Assembly: GCF_000143415.4 (NCBI RefSeq)
Contig: NW_003314303.1
Location: 372,460-436,459, forward strand
Source: Selaginella moellendorffii
Taxonomy: Eukaryota > Plantae > Lycopodiophyta
Length of the DNA stretch: 64,000 bases
Direction of reading: 5' to 3'
Position numbers and translations under genes: made by a program. Positions 38,093-49,550 of the stretch are shown in pieces; position 1 is the first letter of the stretch; each line of letters begins with the position of its first letter. Below the pieces are notes generated by a model. It was given only the letters and a program-made list of their open reading frames with translations, was not told the DNA's origin and did not search any database.

Positions 38093-38497
38093 TGTCCAAA
38101 GCTGTGGATGGCCAAGACTAGCTTCACCATTCTTTCCATAGAAAATTTATAAAATCAGACTTCCTGGGCCTGTCAATATTGGAGAGGGCAAACCTGAAAA
38201 TGAAAACCATGCCATCATTTTTACCTGGTAGTTTTACTTGTGTCTGAAGTCCCCGCTGTTTATCAAGACAACTACCTTGAAGAGGCTTTTACGCAATCTT
38301 TTGGAGGAATTCAAGAGTAGGCATGGAGCTAAATTCCCTCGGGGATGTACAGGCTGGGACGGGACTTGAGCTGGTTGTGGACCATTCTATCAGTGCGAGA
38401 GAACAATTTTCAATTCGATATTAACTTTACAGACATTTTGTGCTTCTTTGTCATGGTTAATGTCTAATCAAGAAACGAGTTTTGTTACCATTGCACA
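38093..38497 (+). pseudogene. Duplicated callose synthase fragment (copy of about 33720-34205)
   Basis: AGACTTCCTGGGCCTGTCAATATTGGAGA.GGCAAACCTGAAAAT and CTTTTGGAGGAATTCAAGAGTAGGCATGGAGCTA match the intact gene, including intron remnants. Confidence 0.9.
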
Positions 38498-38739
38498 GTG
38501 CGGAGAGGATGGTTCCAGAAAAGAGGTTTTCTTCAATGGCTATGAGCTTAAAAAAAAACTGGATATTTAATAAGGCTCGTGTTCTTCAATGGTTTCCAAA
38601 GCCACTAAACAAGAATTTTTTTCCAGGTATCAACTCGAAAAACTGGTAATGTTCTTCCTTATTGTAAGAATGGATTCGAAGAACTTCCACTCTCGCCGGG
38701 GAATTTAAGAGCGTTTGTCTTTGTCATGATTGTGGAGTT

Positions 38740-40136
38740 TTAGATGAGACCTTGCAACATTTGCTCCACTTTCACAATGATCTGCGCCGGCTGTACCACC
38801 GTCGCGTCCTCCAGCGTTGCAGCGTAAGGTGTCGGGACGTCCTGTGACGACAAACACTCGGGCCGGCCATCGAGGAAGTCCCAGAAGTTGTCAACAATCG
38901 CAGCTCTCAAGCTGGCTCCAATCCCGCCAGTTCTCATGCACTCCTCCACGATGAGAACCTTGTGCGTTTTCTTGATCGAGTTCCCAATCGTGAAGAGATC
39001 AAAAGGCTTGAGCGACCTGATGTCGATGATCTCCGGATCATACCCTCGCTCCACCAGCGTCTTGGCAGCCTGGAGCACGAAGTGCCGCATCCTCGAGTAA
39101 GTCAGGATGGTGATATCCTTTCCCGGACGAACAAGCTCGGCCTCCTCGAGGCAAAGCACGTACTCCTCGTCGGGGATCCTCTCCTTGAGATTGTAGAGAA
39201 GGACGTGCTCGTAGAGGATCACCGGGTTGTCACTCCGGATCGCGGCCTTCATCAGTCCCTTTGCGTTGTATGGAGTGGAGCACGCCACCATTTGCAAGCC
39301 CGGGACTGACTGGAAGTACGACTCCAAACGCTGCGAGTGCTCGGCTCCAAGCTGCTTTCCAACCCCACCGGGGCCGCGGATCACCACCGGGATCTTAAAC
39401 TGACCACCCGACGTATAGTGGAGCATTCCAGCGTTGTTGGAGATCTGGTTGTAAGCCAGCAGCAAGAATCCCATGTTCATGCCTTCTACCACTGTCCGGA
39501 GTCCCGTCATGGCAGCGCCGATCCCCATTCCCGTGAAGGAGTTCTCGCAAATCGGCGTGTCCAGCACGCGCAAGTCGCCAAACTTCTCGGCCAGCCCTTT
39601 GGTGACTTTGTAGGAGCCTCCGTAGTGGCCGACGTCCTCTCCCATGACGCACACTGTGGGATCTCTCGCCATCTCCTCCTCGAGACCTTCGCGGAGAGCA
39701 TCGAAGAGCAAGATCTCGTGCCTGGGAAACAAAAGATATGGTCAAGCTTTGCAAAGAAAAGATTTTAGAACTATGGAAGAAAGAAACTCACCCAGACTTT
39801 GCAGTAACTGGAGCGGATGTTTCACCCTTTGCCTGCGAGCATGAAACGTTGAGAATCTTTAGCAATTTCGACCGAGACGACGAAAGCAAATGGAGAGGAG
39901 ATAGAACTTACCGCGACAGCTTTTAGCGCTAGGCTCTTGTTCTTCCTGCTAGAACTCTGAGACAACCCTCCACCAAATGCGATGGCCTGGGTGTGAACTG
40001 TAGCAAAAGCTTTCGATCAAAACCTTCCAAAACGAAAGAAGATCCTACCTCGGCTTGGAGAGAACTGGACGTTCCCGCAAGACGAAGACGAAGAACAAGG
40101 CACCAAAACCTTTTGAGCCATGGCCGCTGCTGCCAT
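38740..40136 (-). CDS. Plastid pyruvate dehydrogenase E1 beta subunit, copy 1
   Basis: [17 protein letters not shown]...[21 protein letters not shown]...[10 protein letters not shown]. Three short 5' exons encode a transit-like leader. Confidence 0.93.
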
Positions 40137-40449
40137 ATCCAAGAAACAGGAGCTCTCTCCTTCACCCAAGCCCTTCAATCTATCGTATATAATGGGCTTG
40201 GATGTAGCATTTTATAAATCGTAAAAAACAAAAGCCAGGCAGCGATTAGCCCGAGACCTTCGACAATCGAAGCACTTCGCCAATGCCGTTGGTTCTAGAT
40301 CCACAAAGAGGAGCCACCCAAACATCTGGACCGTCAATTTAGCCATGCAAAGTATTAGCGAATAGGACTCTGCCACGTTAGCAATAGAAAAAACATGTTG
40401 TTTGGTCACCAACACCTGTACTTTGTCAAATTCCATCAACAAGGAAAAA

Positions 40450-42640
40450 CGATTTGGTTGACAAAAATGAATCTATCAAATGATAGAAAACTTTGAAATA
40501 AAAATCATGCAAAGGAAGGAAAGAAACCACATTTATCTAATGCAAAAAAAATATTGTTATCTTTTGAAAAGAAGCAAAATTTTATTTTCTTTAATCAGTT
40601 TAAATTATAATAATTATTTAACAAGATCTACTTATTAGAATAAATATCTCTATAATTAAAAATGCCACCTTTTCTTTTTAATTATTTTCATTTTAGATGA
40701 TGGTGCTAGTGAACATTTAGCAATTAATTTTTTTTTGTGTAACACTTAAAAAATAAAAATGCAAATTAAATTAAAGAAAATTTTTGGTATAAAAATGAAT
40801 AAAAGGAAAAAGGTCAATATTTTATGGTATATAAAAGCATTATAATATAATATTGATTAAATATAATATAAAAATATAATATAAACAGACAAATATATTT
40901 GGTTAAAGAAAATAAATGGGTAATGAATGGAAAAAGCTATTAGAATGTTTGAGACTTGACCTTTTGTTATTATCTATATAATAAACTACAATTTATATAC
41001 CTTCACCAAAATTAAATTTATAGAGCATTTTTACATTGCACTAAGTGATAGGCATGTTATAGTAATATAAAAAAGAAATAACTAAATTATTAATAATTAT
41101 TTTATAATTCTTTTATAAAAAATATTTTTCTAATAACTTTATGATATTAACTATAATTTTTATTTTTATATTTTAAATTTACTTAATAAAATTTAAATAT
41201 TTTAACAACTTGTACTGTTTGCTAATACTACATTAAAATAATTCCAAAATATTTGTACCACTTAGCTTTGTCTCATAATTAAAGTTTTCAAAACTTTATG
41301 TTTTATGTAAAAAATAGCAAAAAATATAACATTAAAATATTTATATAAATAATTTTAATTTCTTTATCCTTCTGATATATAAATAAAAATTACTTATAAT
41401 TCTTAAAATAGCTTAAACTTTTAATAATAAAATAATGATTATATTTGTTAAATCATGATATAAGTAATATTTATGTAAAATATGTAATATTTTATTAAAA
41501 TCACTAAATTTTTAAATTTAAATTACATTTCATCTTAAAGAAAGAAATGTGCATTATTAAGAGGTTTTCTTTCAAATGCATGCAATTTAAATTTAAATAT
41601 TATTTACTTAAATTTTATTCTTTTAATTATATATATAGTATTAAGTATATGACATTACATTTTTCTTAGATTTTAGATTATGTTTTGGATTTTATAATAT
41701 TTTAATTTATATTTTGTTATTACTTAGTTAAGTACATAAGAAAGGCTCTTTATTATTATTATATTATCATAAAAGTATGTTTAAATTATTACATAATTTA
41801 AGCTCATATGTATGTAAAAATCTTTAAAAAAACCGTCAAATTTAGTGTCAAAATAGTTAGAAAGAGTTTATTTAATTTGGTATAAAAGGATTAGTCTGAA
41901 TGAGTATTATCTAATGAGAATGAGTAACTGAATACTATAGAATATCTAGAATATCCAGGCATATTCTAGATATATCCACTACCAAATCCTTAGTTAAGCA
42001 AACCAAAGAAAAAAATCAAGTAAGTATCCTTATTAAATATGTTAAATCAATTTACTAACACTTGAATAAAAGGGACTAATAAAGGAAAGTAATAGCATCA
42101 ACCACCATTATAGCAATAATAGAAAAATATTCAAAAAGACTTGCCAATCATATTTACAACATGTGTCCCTAGGTATGGATTTAGCATGTACTATCTGATA
42201 ACATGTTAAATCATGTTATCCTATCTCATACCATTTTATGCCATATTATTTGAGCTTTAGGTTGGGCTTATTTGATGAATTTTGGATGTATTGTTTATAT
42301 GAGTTTACACTTAGCTGAGGCATATTAGCAACTTAAAATTACACTTTGATTTGGTAAAATTAATGTTACCATAAGTTATTACTATATTACTGTTCGACAA
42401 ACACTGATAATATCTAGCTATCAAGACTTATTTAGGTCTTTTTTAATGAATTACAGTTTGTAAAAATAGTTTATAGTAAAATAATATAGCTTTATAAAAG
42501 ATAGGTTCTAATAAAAACTTTAAAACCTTCATTTATTCAATTTAAATTTCCTAAGACTTTTAATTGACTGACTTATTAAACTTAACTCAACTTAAGTTTA
42601 GACCATAAAATAAGTGGTTGTTACTACCCTACCAAACAGC
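40450..42640. other. Very AT-rich non-coding island (possible non-autonomous transposon remnant)
   Basis: About 2.2 kb with no ORF of 60 aa or more and a sharp composition change on both sides. No termini identified. Confidence 0.5.
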
Positions 42641-42649
42641 ACTTTGATG

Positions 42650-43570
42650 CAACATCCAGTGGCTCTGCCATCTCCTCGAAAACTTTAGTAGTTGCCACAA
42701 CTTCCACACTTTGCATGGAAAGCTTTACTTTTAGTCTAGCAAGGAAAGCTCGTGTATTAATAATCTCATCATGAGCTTGCAAGGTCTAGAGCAAATCTGC
42801 ATAGATCAAGATAAAACTTGTCCAGTTTGAATGGGAGTGGCAGGGTATCCTGTTGAAAACTCTCCTTGCATCCTCCAAACTTCCACACCTGATGTAAAAA
42901 TCCATGAGACTGTTCCTGGAAAACTTATCAGATGACACGGCTTGAACGTGAAGAGGCATGACTTTATCGAGAGTTTGGAGCAGCTTTCTAGTCTCGAGCT
43001 TGGTCTGTTCTTTAGCTGGCTATCCGGCGCAAGCGTTCAAAGAAGCAGCAAAAGTCACTCCATCGCGAGCAATCAAATTATAGCCATCACGGTCCCGAGG
43101 TTGGCCTGTTCTTCAGCTGCCATGCCGATGGAAGCGTTCAAAGCAGCAGCAAAAGTCACTCCATCGGGAGCGATCAAACTATAGCCATCTCTGTGTCGTC
43201 GAAGAAACGTCTGGAAATGCTCGTTAGCTACCTCTTTCTCGGTGTAGAAGTTCACCAGACTGCCTGCTACGAAATCATGCAGCAAGCTTTGATCGCTACA
43301 GCAAAGGTCACGGCATCCGGTGGAGCTCGAGTTTGATTTTCTAAGAGCATCCCGAGAGCCAACGATCTCTTGGCCATTGTCAGCGTAGATCAAAGCGTTC
43401 CAGGAGACAGCGTCGTGGAGGGGCATGAATCAAAGCGTTTGCGGTGCTTCCACTTCCACACTTGGAGTGCGACCAAGAGGTTGCCGGAAGCTACGTCTCT
43501 TGCGTGGATGGTCTTCCCTTGGCCTACATTCTTGCAGATTTGAGAGCGCCGAGATGGTGGAGCTCCAAGA
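42650..43570 (-). pseudogene. PPR (PLS-class) remnant, paralogous to 48240-49530
   Basis: DAVSWNALIYADNGQE, FVAGSLVNFY, APDGVTFAAALNA. Shares nucleotide blocks with 48240-49530. Confidence 0.8.
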
Positions 43571-43654
43571 TGGCTGGATAGCTATACACATGAAGTTGCC
43601 CTAGCTACAACTTGGCATCATTGAAGAAAGAATCGAAAGGCAAAAAAAATAGCA

Positions 43655-44527
43655 TCATTCGTAATAGCGGGAGCGGGAGGAGAGAGGCGGCCCGTTTCGA
43701 AAGCTTTGCAGGATGTCCTCAAACTCGTGCCGCGAAGCCCAAGCGAGCCACGCCCTCTCGATAACATACGTCATAAGCTCCTCGGGCGTGCAGCTCTTGC
43801 GGAGCTTGCCCGAGACGGGAGGGAAGGGCGTATACGATTCCCCACCGGCAATGCAGTGCACCCGCAGCGGAAACGGCACCACCCCAGTGGCATCCAGCAC
43901 CAGCGACGCCACAACCTCCGCAAGCCGAGAGTTGCCATCCCCAAACGGCCTGAGCTTGGATCCAACGTCGAGAAATCCGCATGCGGCCACGCCAAACGCC
44001 GGCACCACCCTCTCCTCGACAGGCAACTCCAGCAGCGACGCCACCCCCGACTTGATCTCGCCGAGTTTGCTTGCCACCACAACGGCGCTCACACCCGCTC
44101 CGAGTCCCGCACCGCCGTTGACCACCCTGGCCTGGATGTCAGCTAGGGAGTGCAGGTCAAGGGCGAAGCCGGGTTTGACCGAGTGCAGGGCATATTCCAG
44201 GGCATCGCACATCCCCTGCGACTCGGCGCGCTGCTGGTCGCTGAGGTAGTCGGGGAAGTTGTACTCGAGGCATGCGCGGTTGGAGAGCGCCGAGTCCGGG
44301 TGGGGGATGAGGCGCTTGTCCCTCAGCCGCCCTGATGTGTCGCAGAAGTCGACGAGCTGTGCCTGCCACATTACCTGGGGTATCCTCGACGACGCAGCAG
44401 TAGTAGCGGCCGCAGCAATGTCCTTGACCATGTCTGATGTGCTGCGCTGCTTCTCTGGTTGCATCGTCAGCGCCCTCCACCAAGGCAGCTCCAACGGCCT
44501 CAACCTCATCGCCGCTTTGCTTGCCAT
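43655..44527 (-). CDS. Intronless Fic/Doc-domain protein with a degenerate active-site motif
   Basis: 290-aa GC-rich ORF; ESQGMCDALEY...LDLHSLADIQ and RPFGDGNSRLAE (43951-43916) versus the consensus HPFxDGNGRxxR. A TATATA lies about 30 bp upstream (44558-44563). Confidence 0.75.
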   Translation of the reverse strand: MASKAAMRLRPLELPWWRALTMQPEKQRSTSDMVKDIAAAATTAASSRIPQVMWQAQLVDFCDTSGRLRDKRLIPHPDSALSNRACLEYNFPDYLSDQQRAESQGMCDALEYALHSVKPGFALDLHSLADIQARVVNGGAGLGAGVSAVVVASKLGEIKSGVASLLELPVEERVVPAFGVAACGFLDVGSKLRPFGDGNSRLAEVVASLVLDATGVVPFPLRVHCIAGGESYTPFPPVSGKLRKSCTPEELMTYVIERAWLAWASRHEFEDILQSFRNGPPLSSRSRYYE

Positions 44528-44941
44528 CGATCCTTTCCTTCGACCCTACCGTGACTGTATATAGTCTTAGGCTTTAACCATTATTCTCGTTTGCTAAGCA
44601 ACAGAGAAAAATCTATGAGACATACCCTTGAAGCTATGCATATGAAACCATACCTTGTTACAGCAGCACCATGCTTCACTCCAAGAGTAAAAGCAACAAG
44701 AGCATGGGACCAAGAAGAAGAAACAACTCACCATTTTCTTGATGGAAGACCAGGAGCTTCGATGGCAGTGCAGCCACTACTTCTCGAGCTTCCACAGCTC
44801 ACATATCGATGGTGATTCCAGGCATACTTGACGGACCGCTTGTTCATCTCGAACCTCTCGAGCCGAATTTGATCAGATGGTGGAGAAGACGAGGCTGTGT
44901 ACTCTAGACGCTCCATCGACTCACTCCTTTATTCCACTACC

Positions 44942-47004
44942 TCAAGAAATGATGAATTGCTCATAGGCCACGTCCACCAGGAAGGCAGCAACATCCGTCG
45001 TGTCACACTCCGGAACGCTCTCCAATGGAATGACACTGGCCTTGTTTGTCCTCGACAACGCGAGCGAATGTAGCATCCAAGTTCTCGCTGGCGTACAGTC
45101 CGTGTTCTCAGGGAGGCGCACATATCTTCCTCCGAGGCTGTCCTGGAGAAGCATTACCGTTACTTTTCTGCAAGAAAAGTTCTCAGTTACAAATGAATGG
45201 TAGAAAACAAAAAGACAAAGATATAAACCTTGACACTCGACCATTGCCATCGCGGAATGGGTGAATTTCTAGGAACTCCACCATGTACCGCGCAGCAAGA
45301 GTAAAGTGCTTGCAGAGCGAACATGTTTGTGTGAGCTGGTGGTCTTCCTCAGCAAGGATCTCCCACTGTAAAGGCAGTGATTAAATCGGCTAATATAATA
45401 AACTCACCTCTATGGTCAGTGCCCGGATCCACGCAGAGAGACAGCACTCAATGGCTTTCCAATCAAGAAAGCTTTGCCGCACACCATCACGTAGAGTCAA
45501 ACTATAAGCGTGAGAAGTTCGTAGCTGTTTCTCCACGGGATTCAGCGCAATCACATCATCTATAGTAAGGCTCCGTGCGTCCAGCTTTGCAAGGAAATCT
45601 GGTGGCGTGTGAGGGACTCGTGGAAGCCTGGAGAGCTTAGCCACCATAGAGGACGTAGACAAAGCCTCGTGCCATGAAGGATGAGCCGACGTGCTTCTCC
45701 ACGGGGAAACTCGGAAATGCTCCCCTCGCAAATCTTGCTGTTTGAAACAAGTCAAGACTCACGCAAAAGAAATAGAACTCCAAGATACCTGGTGCCTTCC
45801 CTGCCACAGTTCGTCCTTGACATTGGCAAGAAAAAAGGATGAACAAAAAGCATTAGAAGTACGTAAGGATTCGTGACGAAGCAAATGGGCCAGTACCTGG
45901 TGCAGAGCCGCGGATTGAGAATCCCGAGCAGGAGACATGGACACTAGAAAAAAGCGTTGCAATGAGAATGAAGAACTTTGATAGTCAGAGCACCTGTGGC
46001 GTGGAGACAAGTATTGGAGGGCTGTCCAACAGGCGGAGATCACTGGAGAGAACACTGAAAGCATTAAAAACAAGTAGGAGTCCTAGACGAATAAAACAAC
46101 CTGGTGCAAAGGCTGCGGGTCGACTCATACAAGGCATGGACACTGGGAAAAAGAAGAATGAATTAGAAGGAGAATAGAGGTAAAATGGAGTATCGAAAGC
46201 ACCTGCGACGTGGAGACTGGTATTCAAGGCTGCTCTGGCTGTCCAACAGGCTGCGACCACTGGAAAGAAAAAATGTAAAAACAAGTAGGAACCTTAGACG
46301 AATAAAACAACCTGGTGAATAGGCTGCCGGTAGAGAAGGTCGACTCATACGAGACATGGACACTGGAAAAAAGAAGAATGCGTTAGAATGAAAATAAAGG
46401 TAAATGGAGTACAGAAGAGCACCTGCGACGTGAAGACTGGTATTCAAGGCTGCTTTGGCTGTCCAACATGCTGCGCTCACTGGAAAGAAAAAAAGGAAGC
46501 ATTAGAAACAAGTAGGAATCCTACAGAAAGCCAACAACGGGCCAACAACCTGGTGGATAGGCCGCGGGTAGAGAAGGTCGAGTCATATGAGACATGGTCA
46601 CTAGAAAACACAAGAACAATGCGTTGGAATGAGAATGAACGTTGATAATGGACTAACCTGCGGCGTAGAGACAGGTATTCAGGGCTGATCAGGCCGTCGA
46701 ACAGGCTGCAATCGATGGAAGCCAAGCGCCTTCCACAGCAGGAGGCCGGCACAACACTGTAAGGATGACACGAAAGAAAGACATGAACGAGAGAATGTTG
46801 CGGAACGATCCCTGGTGCGATGCTTTGAAGCGAATCGTCTAGAATGCATACCTGGATTCGATATTTCGAACAAGCAGGGCTCGATTTGCTTCTCCACATG
46901 CCACGAATCCTGAAATTCCAGAGGATCGATACATCGATTCAGCGAGCAGACGATCGATATTACGGACCTGAGGCCTTCACCCTGCCGACGAGAGAGCGCA
47001 TCAT
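44942..47004 (-). CDS. Multi-exon Fic/Doc-domain protein with an intact catalytic motif; core exons 45737-45408, 45365-45229, 45167-44942; 5' mini-exons up to ATG 47004 (connection to the core unresolved)
   Basis: Phase-compatible GT-AG splicing gives SLTIDDVIALN...LRTSHAY...IECCLSAWI...|WEILAEE...FTLAARYMVEFLEIHPFRDGNGRVSR|KVTVMLL...EQFIIS*. Confidence 0.8.
45897..46756 (-). repeat. Tandem array of about four two-exon units (period about 220 bp)
   Basis: A-type exons 46600-46550, 46362-46312, 46142-46101, 45943-45897 alternate with B-type exons 46756-46658, 46479-46423, 46259-46203, 46042-45994, and the introns are homologous too. Confidence 0.85.
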
Positions 47005-47229
47005 CTTGCCTTGCCGCTCGATTACCCTAGGAGAAGGAGAATGAAGAACTGCTGGAGGACGCCGAATTTAAACATTTCCCTCCAGTGTATCCTGGCCGTC
47101 CAGTGTCCGCGTGCCGATCGATGCCACGTGTCTCACCGGATCGCAAGACATACTGCCACGTGTCGGGCATGAAAGACGGACCGCGATGCTGTCGCTCTAC
47201 ACTGCGTCGACGAAGTAAAGGCCGGAATG

Positions 47230-47771
47230 GCTTTTGATCAGTGATACTGGCTTCGTACGCTCGAAACGGGCACATCGAGGAGATCTTCTACCGGATGCCA
47301 GAGTGGGACTCGGTGTCTTGGCTCGGCTTTGCTCTAAACGGGCATCTTGGTCAGGCCGCGAATATCTTCCACTCAATGCCCGAGCAAAGCTCTGTCTCCT
47401 GGACCCGGCTATGCCCAAAACATAAACTCCACAGCCCCGTCTACGATGGGAAGTGCTCGCTCGTGTCCATAGGTATGTCGACAATGGACTACTGGATCCA
47501 GCCAGCCGACGAAACAGCACTTCAGCTGCATGATCGATCTGCTGGGCATTTGGATCACGCGCAGGAGGTCATACTCACGATCCCATTCGTTCCGGACTTG
47601 CTCGAGTGGACGTGTCTCTTGGCTGCTTGCAAGAGCCACAATAGCCTGCACCACGGAGCTCATGCCGCGGAGCGTGTACTCCCGAGAATTTCCACGACGA
47701 CGAGCGCTAGCTACGTTCTTCTCCGGAACTTGTTCTCGCTTAGTGGTGGTGGCAGTATCAAAGTCTTCTAG
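47230..47771 (+). pseudogene. PPR (PLS/E) remnant
   Basis: YARNGHIEEIFYRMPEWDSVSW, AGHLDHAQEVILTIPFVPDLLEWTCLLAACKSH, ASYVLLRNL. Internally deleted. Confidence 0.8.
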
Positions 47772-47874
47772 CTTTCGGGAGTGACTCGATCCAAAACATG
47801 GCAGTAGCGGTTCTTCTAGTGTTCCACTGAGCAAAGGCTTGCCATGGTGACATGAGCCCCGGCGTCGGCTTCGT

Positions 47875-49550
47875 TCATATCCAGCAAAGCTTGTACGCAA
47901 CTCTTGCCACCACGGGATTTTTCCACTTCCAGCAGGCACCGAGAATACTTCTCCAGATCCCGGCATTTTCTTCCAAAGCCATGCCTTTTACCAAGCTCAG
48001 AGCAGCCTCGAGTTTGCCGGCTCGGCCGTAGAGATCGACCATTGCGCTATAGTGTTCTAAGCTCGGAGAAGCTCCATACTTGGATACCATCGTCTCGAAA
48101 CAGCGAGCTCCTTTCTCCACAAGGCCTGCGTGACTGCAAGCTGTGAGGAAGCACAGCAACGAGCTGGAGCTCACTCGCATAAACTCGCCCTCCATCTTGT
48201 GGAAAACTCCGAGTTTCTCCACAAGGCCTGCGTGACTGCATCTCCGGCTCTTCGTACTCGGCTTAGATCGATATCAAACTCGTGCAGTTTGAATGGGAGT
48301 GGCAGGGCATCCTGTCGAAAACTCCTTCCACACCTGGCGTACAAATCCATGACACTGTTCCCGACACTCCTGCAAAACTTATCGCCCGACAAGCTCTTCT
48401 CGGCTTGAACGTGAAGAGCCATGACTTTGTCGAGAGTTTTGAGCAGCTCTCCAGTCCCGAGTTTGGCCTGTTTTATCGCTGCCATGCCGCCGCAAGTGTT
48501 CAAAGCAGCAGCAAACGTCACTCCATCGGGAGCGATCCAACTATATCCATCTCTGTGTCGTTGAAGAAACCTCTGGAAAAGCTCGTAAGCCACCTCTCCC
48601 TGGCCATTCTCAGCATATCCCAAGATCAGAGCGTTCCATGACACCACATCTGGCTGCTTTATCCTGTCGAAAACCCTCTCGAGCCTGCTCCACCCGTCCA
48701 CACTTTGCGTAGAAGTTCACCAGACTGGCCGCTACGAAATCATCGCTTCCAAATCCGAGCTTCTCAGCTTGCAAGCGTAAGTCTCTCCCCTTGAGCAGCA
48801 TCACCGCCTTCTTCCCATCCTCTTTCACGGCCAAGTTCGGCCAAGCTTTGATCACTGCAACAAAAGTCCGCAAGTTTGGCAAGCATCTAGCAGCGTCCAT
48901 GCCTGCCGAGAACAAATCCAAACTCACTCCAAGATCTCTGGAAGAACTAGTATCAGCATACCCGAGAAGGAGCGAGGTGACGACGTCGTGACGAACCATC
49001 CTATCGAAAACTCTGCGAGAATCCAGCAAACTCCCACACTTTGCGCAGACATCCACGAGCGAGCTCACCACAACAATGTCCTGCTCAAATCCCATCCTTG
49101 CAGCTCGAGAGTGACTGTGAAAAATGTAGAGGAATGGGAGGGAAAGCCTCGATCTTTGTAAGAAGCTCACTATGGATGTTTCTTTCCTCGCCAGGTTTGA
49201 TCGCTGCAGCAAAGGTCACGGCATCCGGTGGAGCTTGAGTTTGATTTTCTAGCAGCATCTCCGTTAGCGTCTCGAGCGCCAAGATCTCTTGGCCATTGTC
49301 AGCGTAGCACAGGATCAAAGCGTTTCAGGGGGCAGCGTCATGGAGGGGCATGGAATCAAAGACCCTGGTCGCGTTTGCGGTGCTTCCACACTTGGAGTAA
49401 CAAGGCTGCTGGCGACCAAGAGGGTGGATTCGTTGCCGGAAGCTATGGCTCTTGCGTGGATCGTCTTTGCTTGGCCTGCATTCTAGATTTGAGAGCTGCC
49501 AGGAGCGATAATAAGGTTGAGCTCCAGCTCAAGATGAGAAAAACTTCTTG
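47875..49550 (-). pseudogene. PPR (PLS/E) pseudogene
   Basis: SSLVDVCAKCGSLLDSRRVFDRM, DVVSWNALILGYAENG, LTACSHAGLVEKG...EHYSAMVDLYGRAGKL. Frameshifted. Confidence 0.85.

Noticed and set aside
43655-44527. Bacterial contamination as the source of the intronless Fic gene
   Set aside because: It is contiguous with plant PPR remnants and a spliced paralog, has a TATA-like element and shows no operon context.
45897-46756. Repeat-spacer-like periodicity suggestive of a CRISPR array
   Set aside because: Eukaryotic context; whole units of about 220 bp are homologous and carry splice signals; no unique spacers or cas genes.
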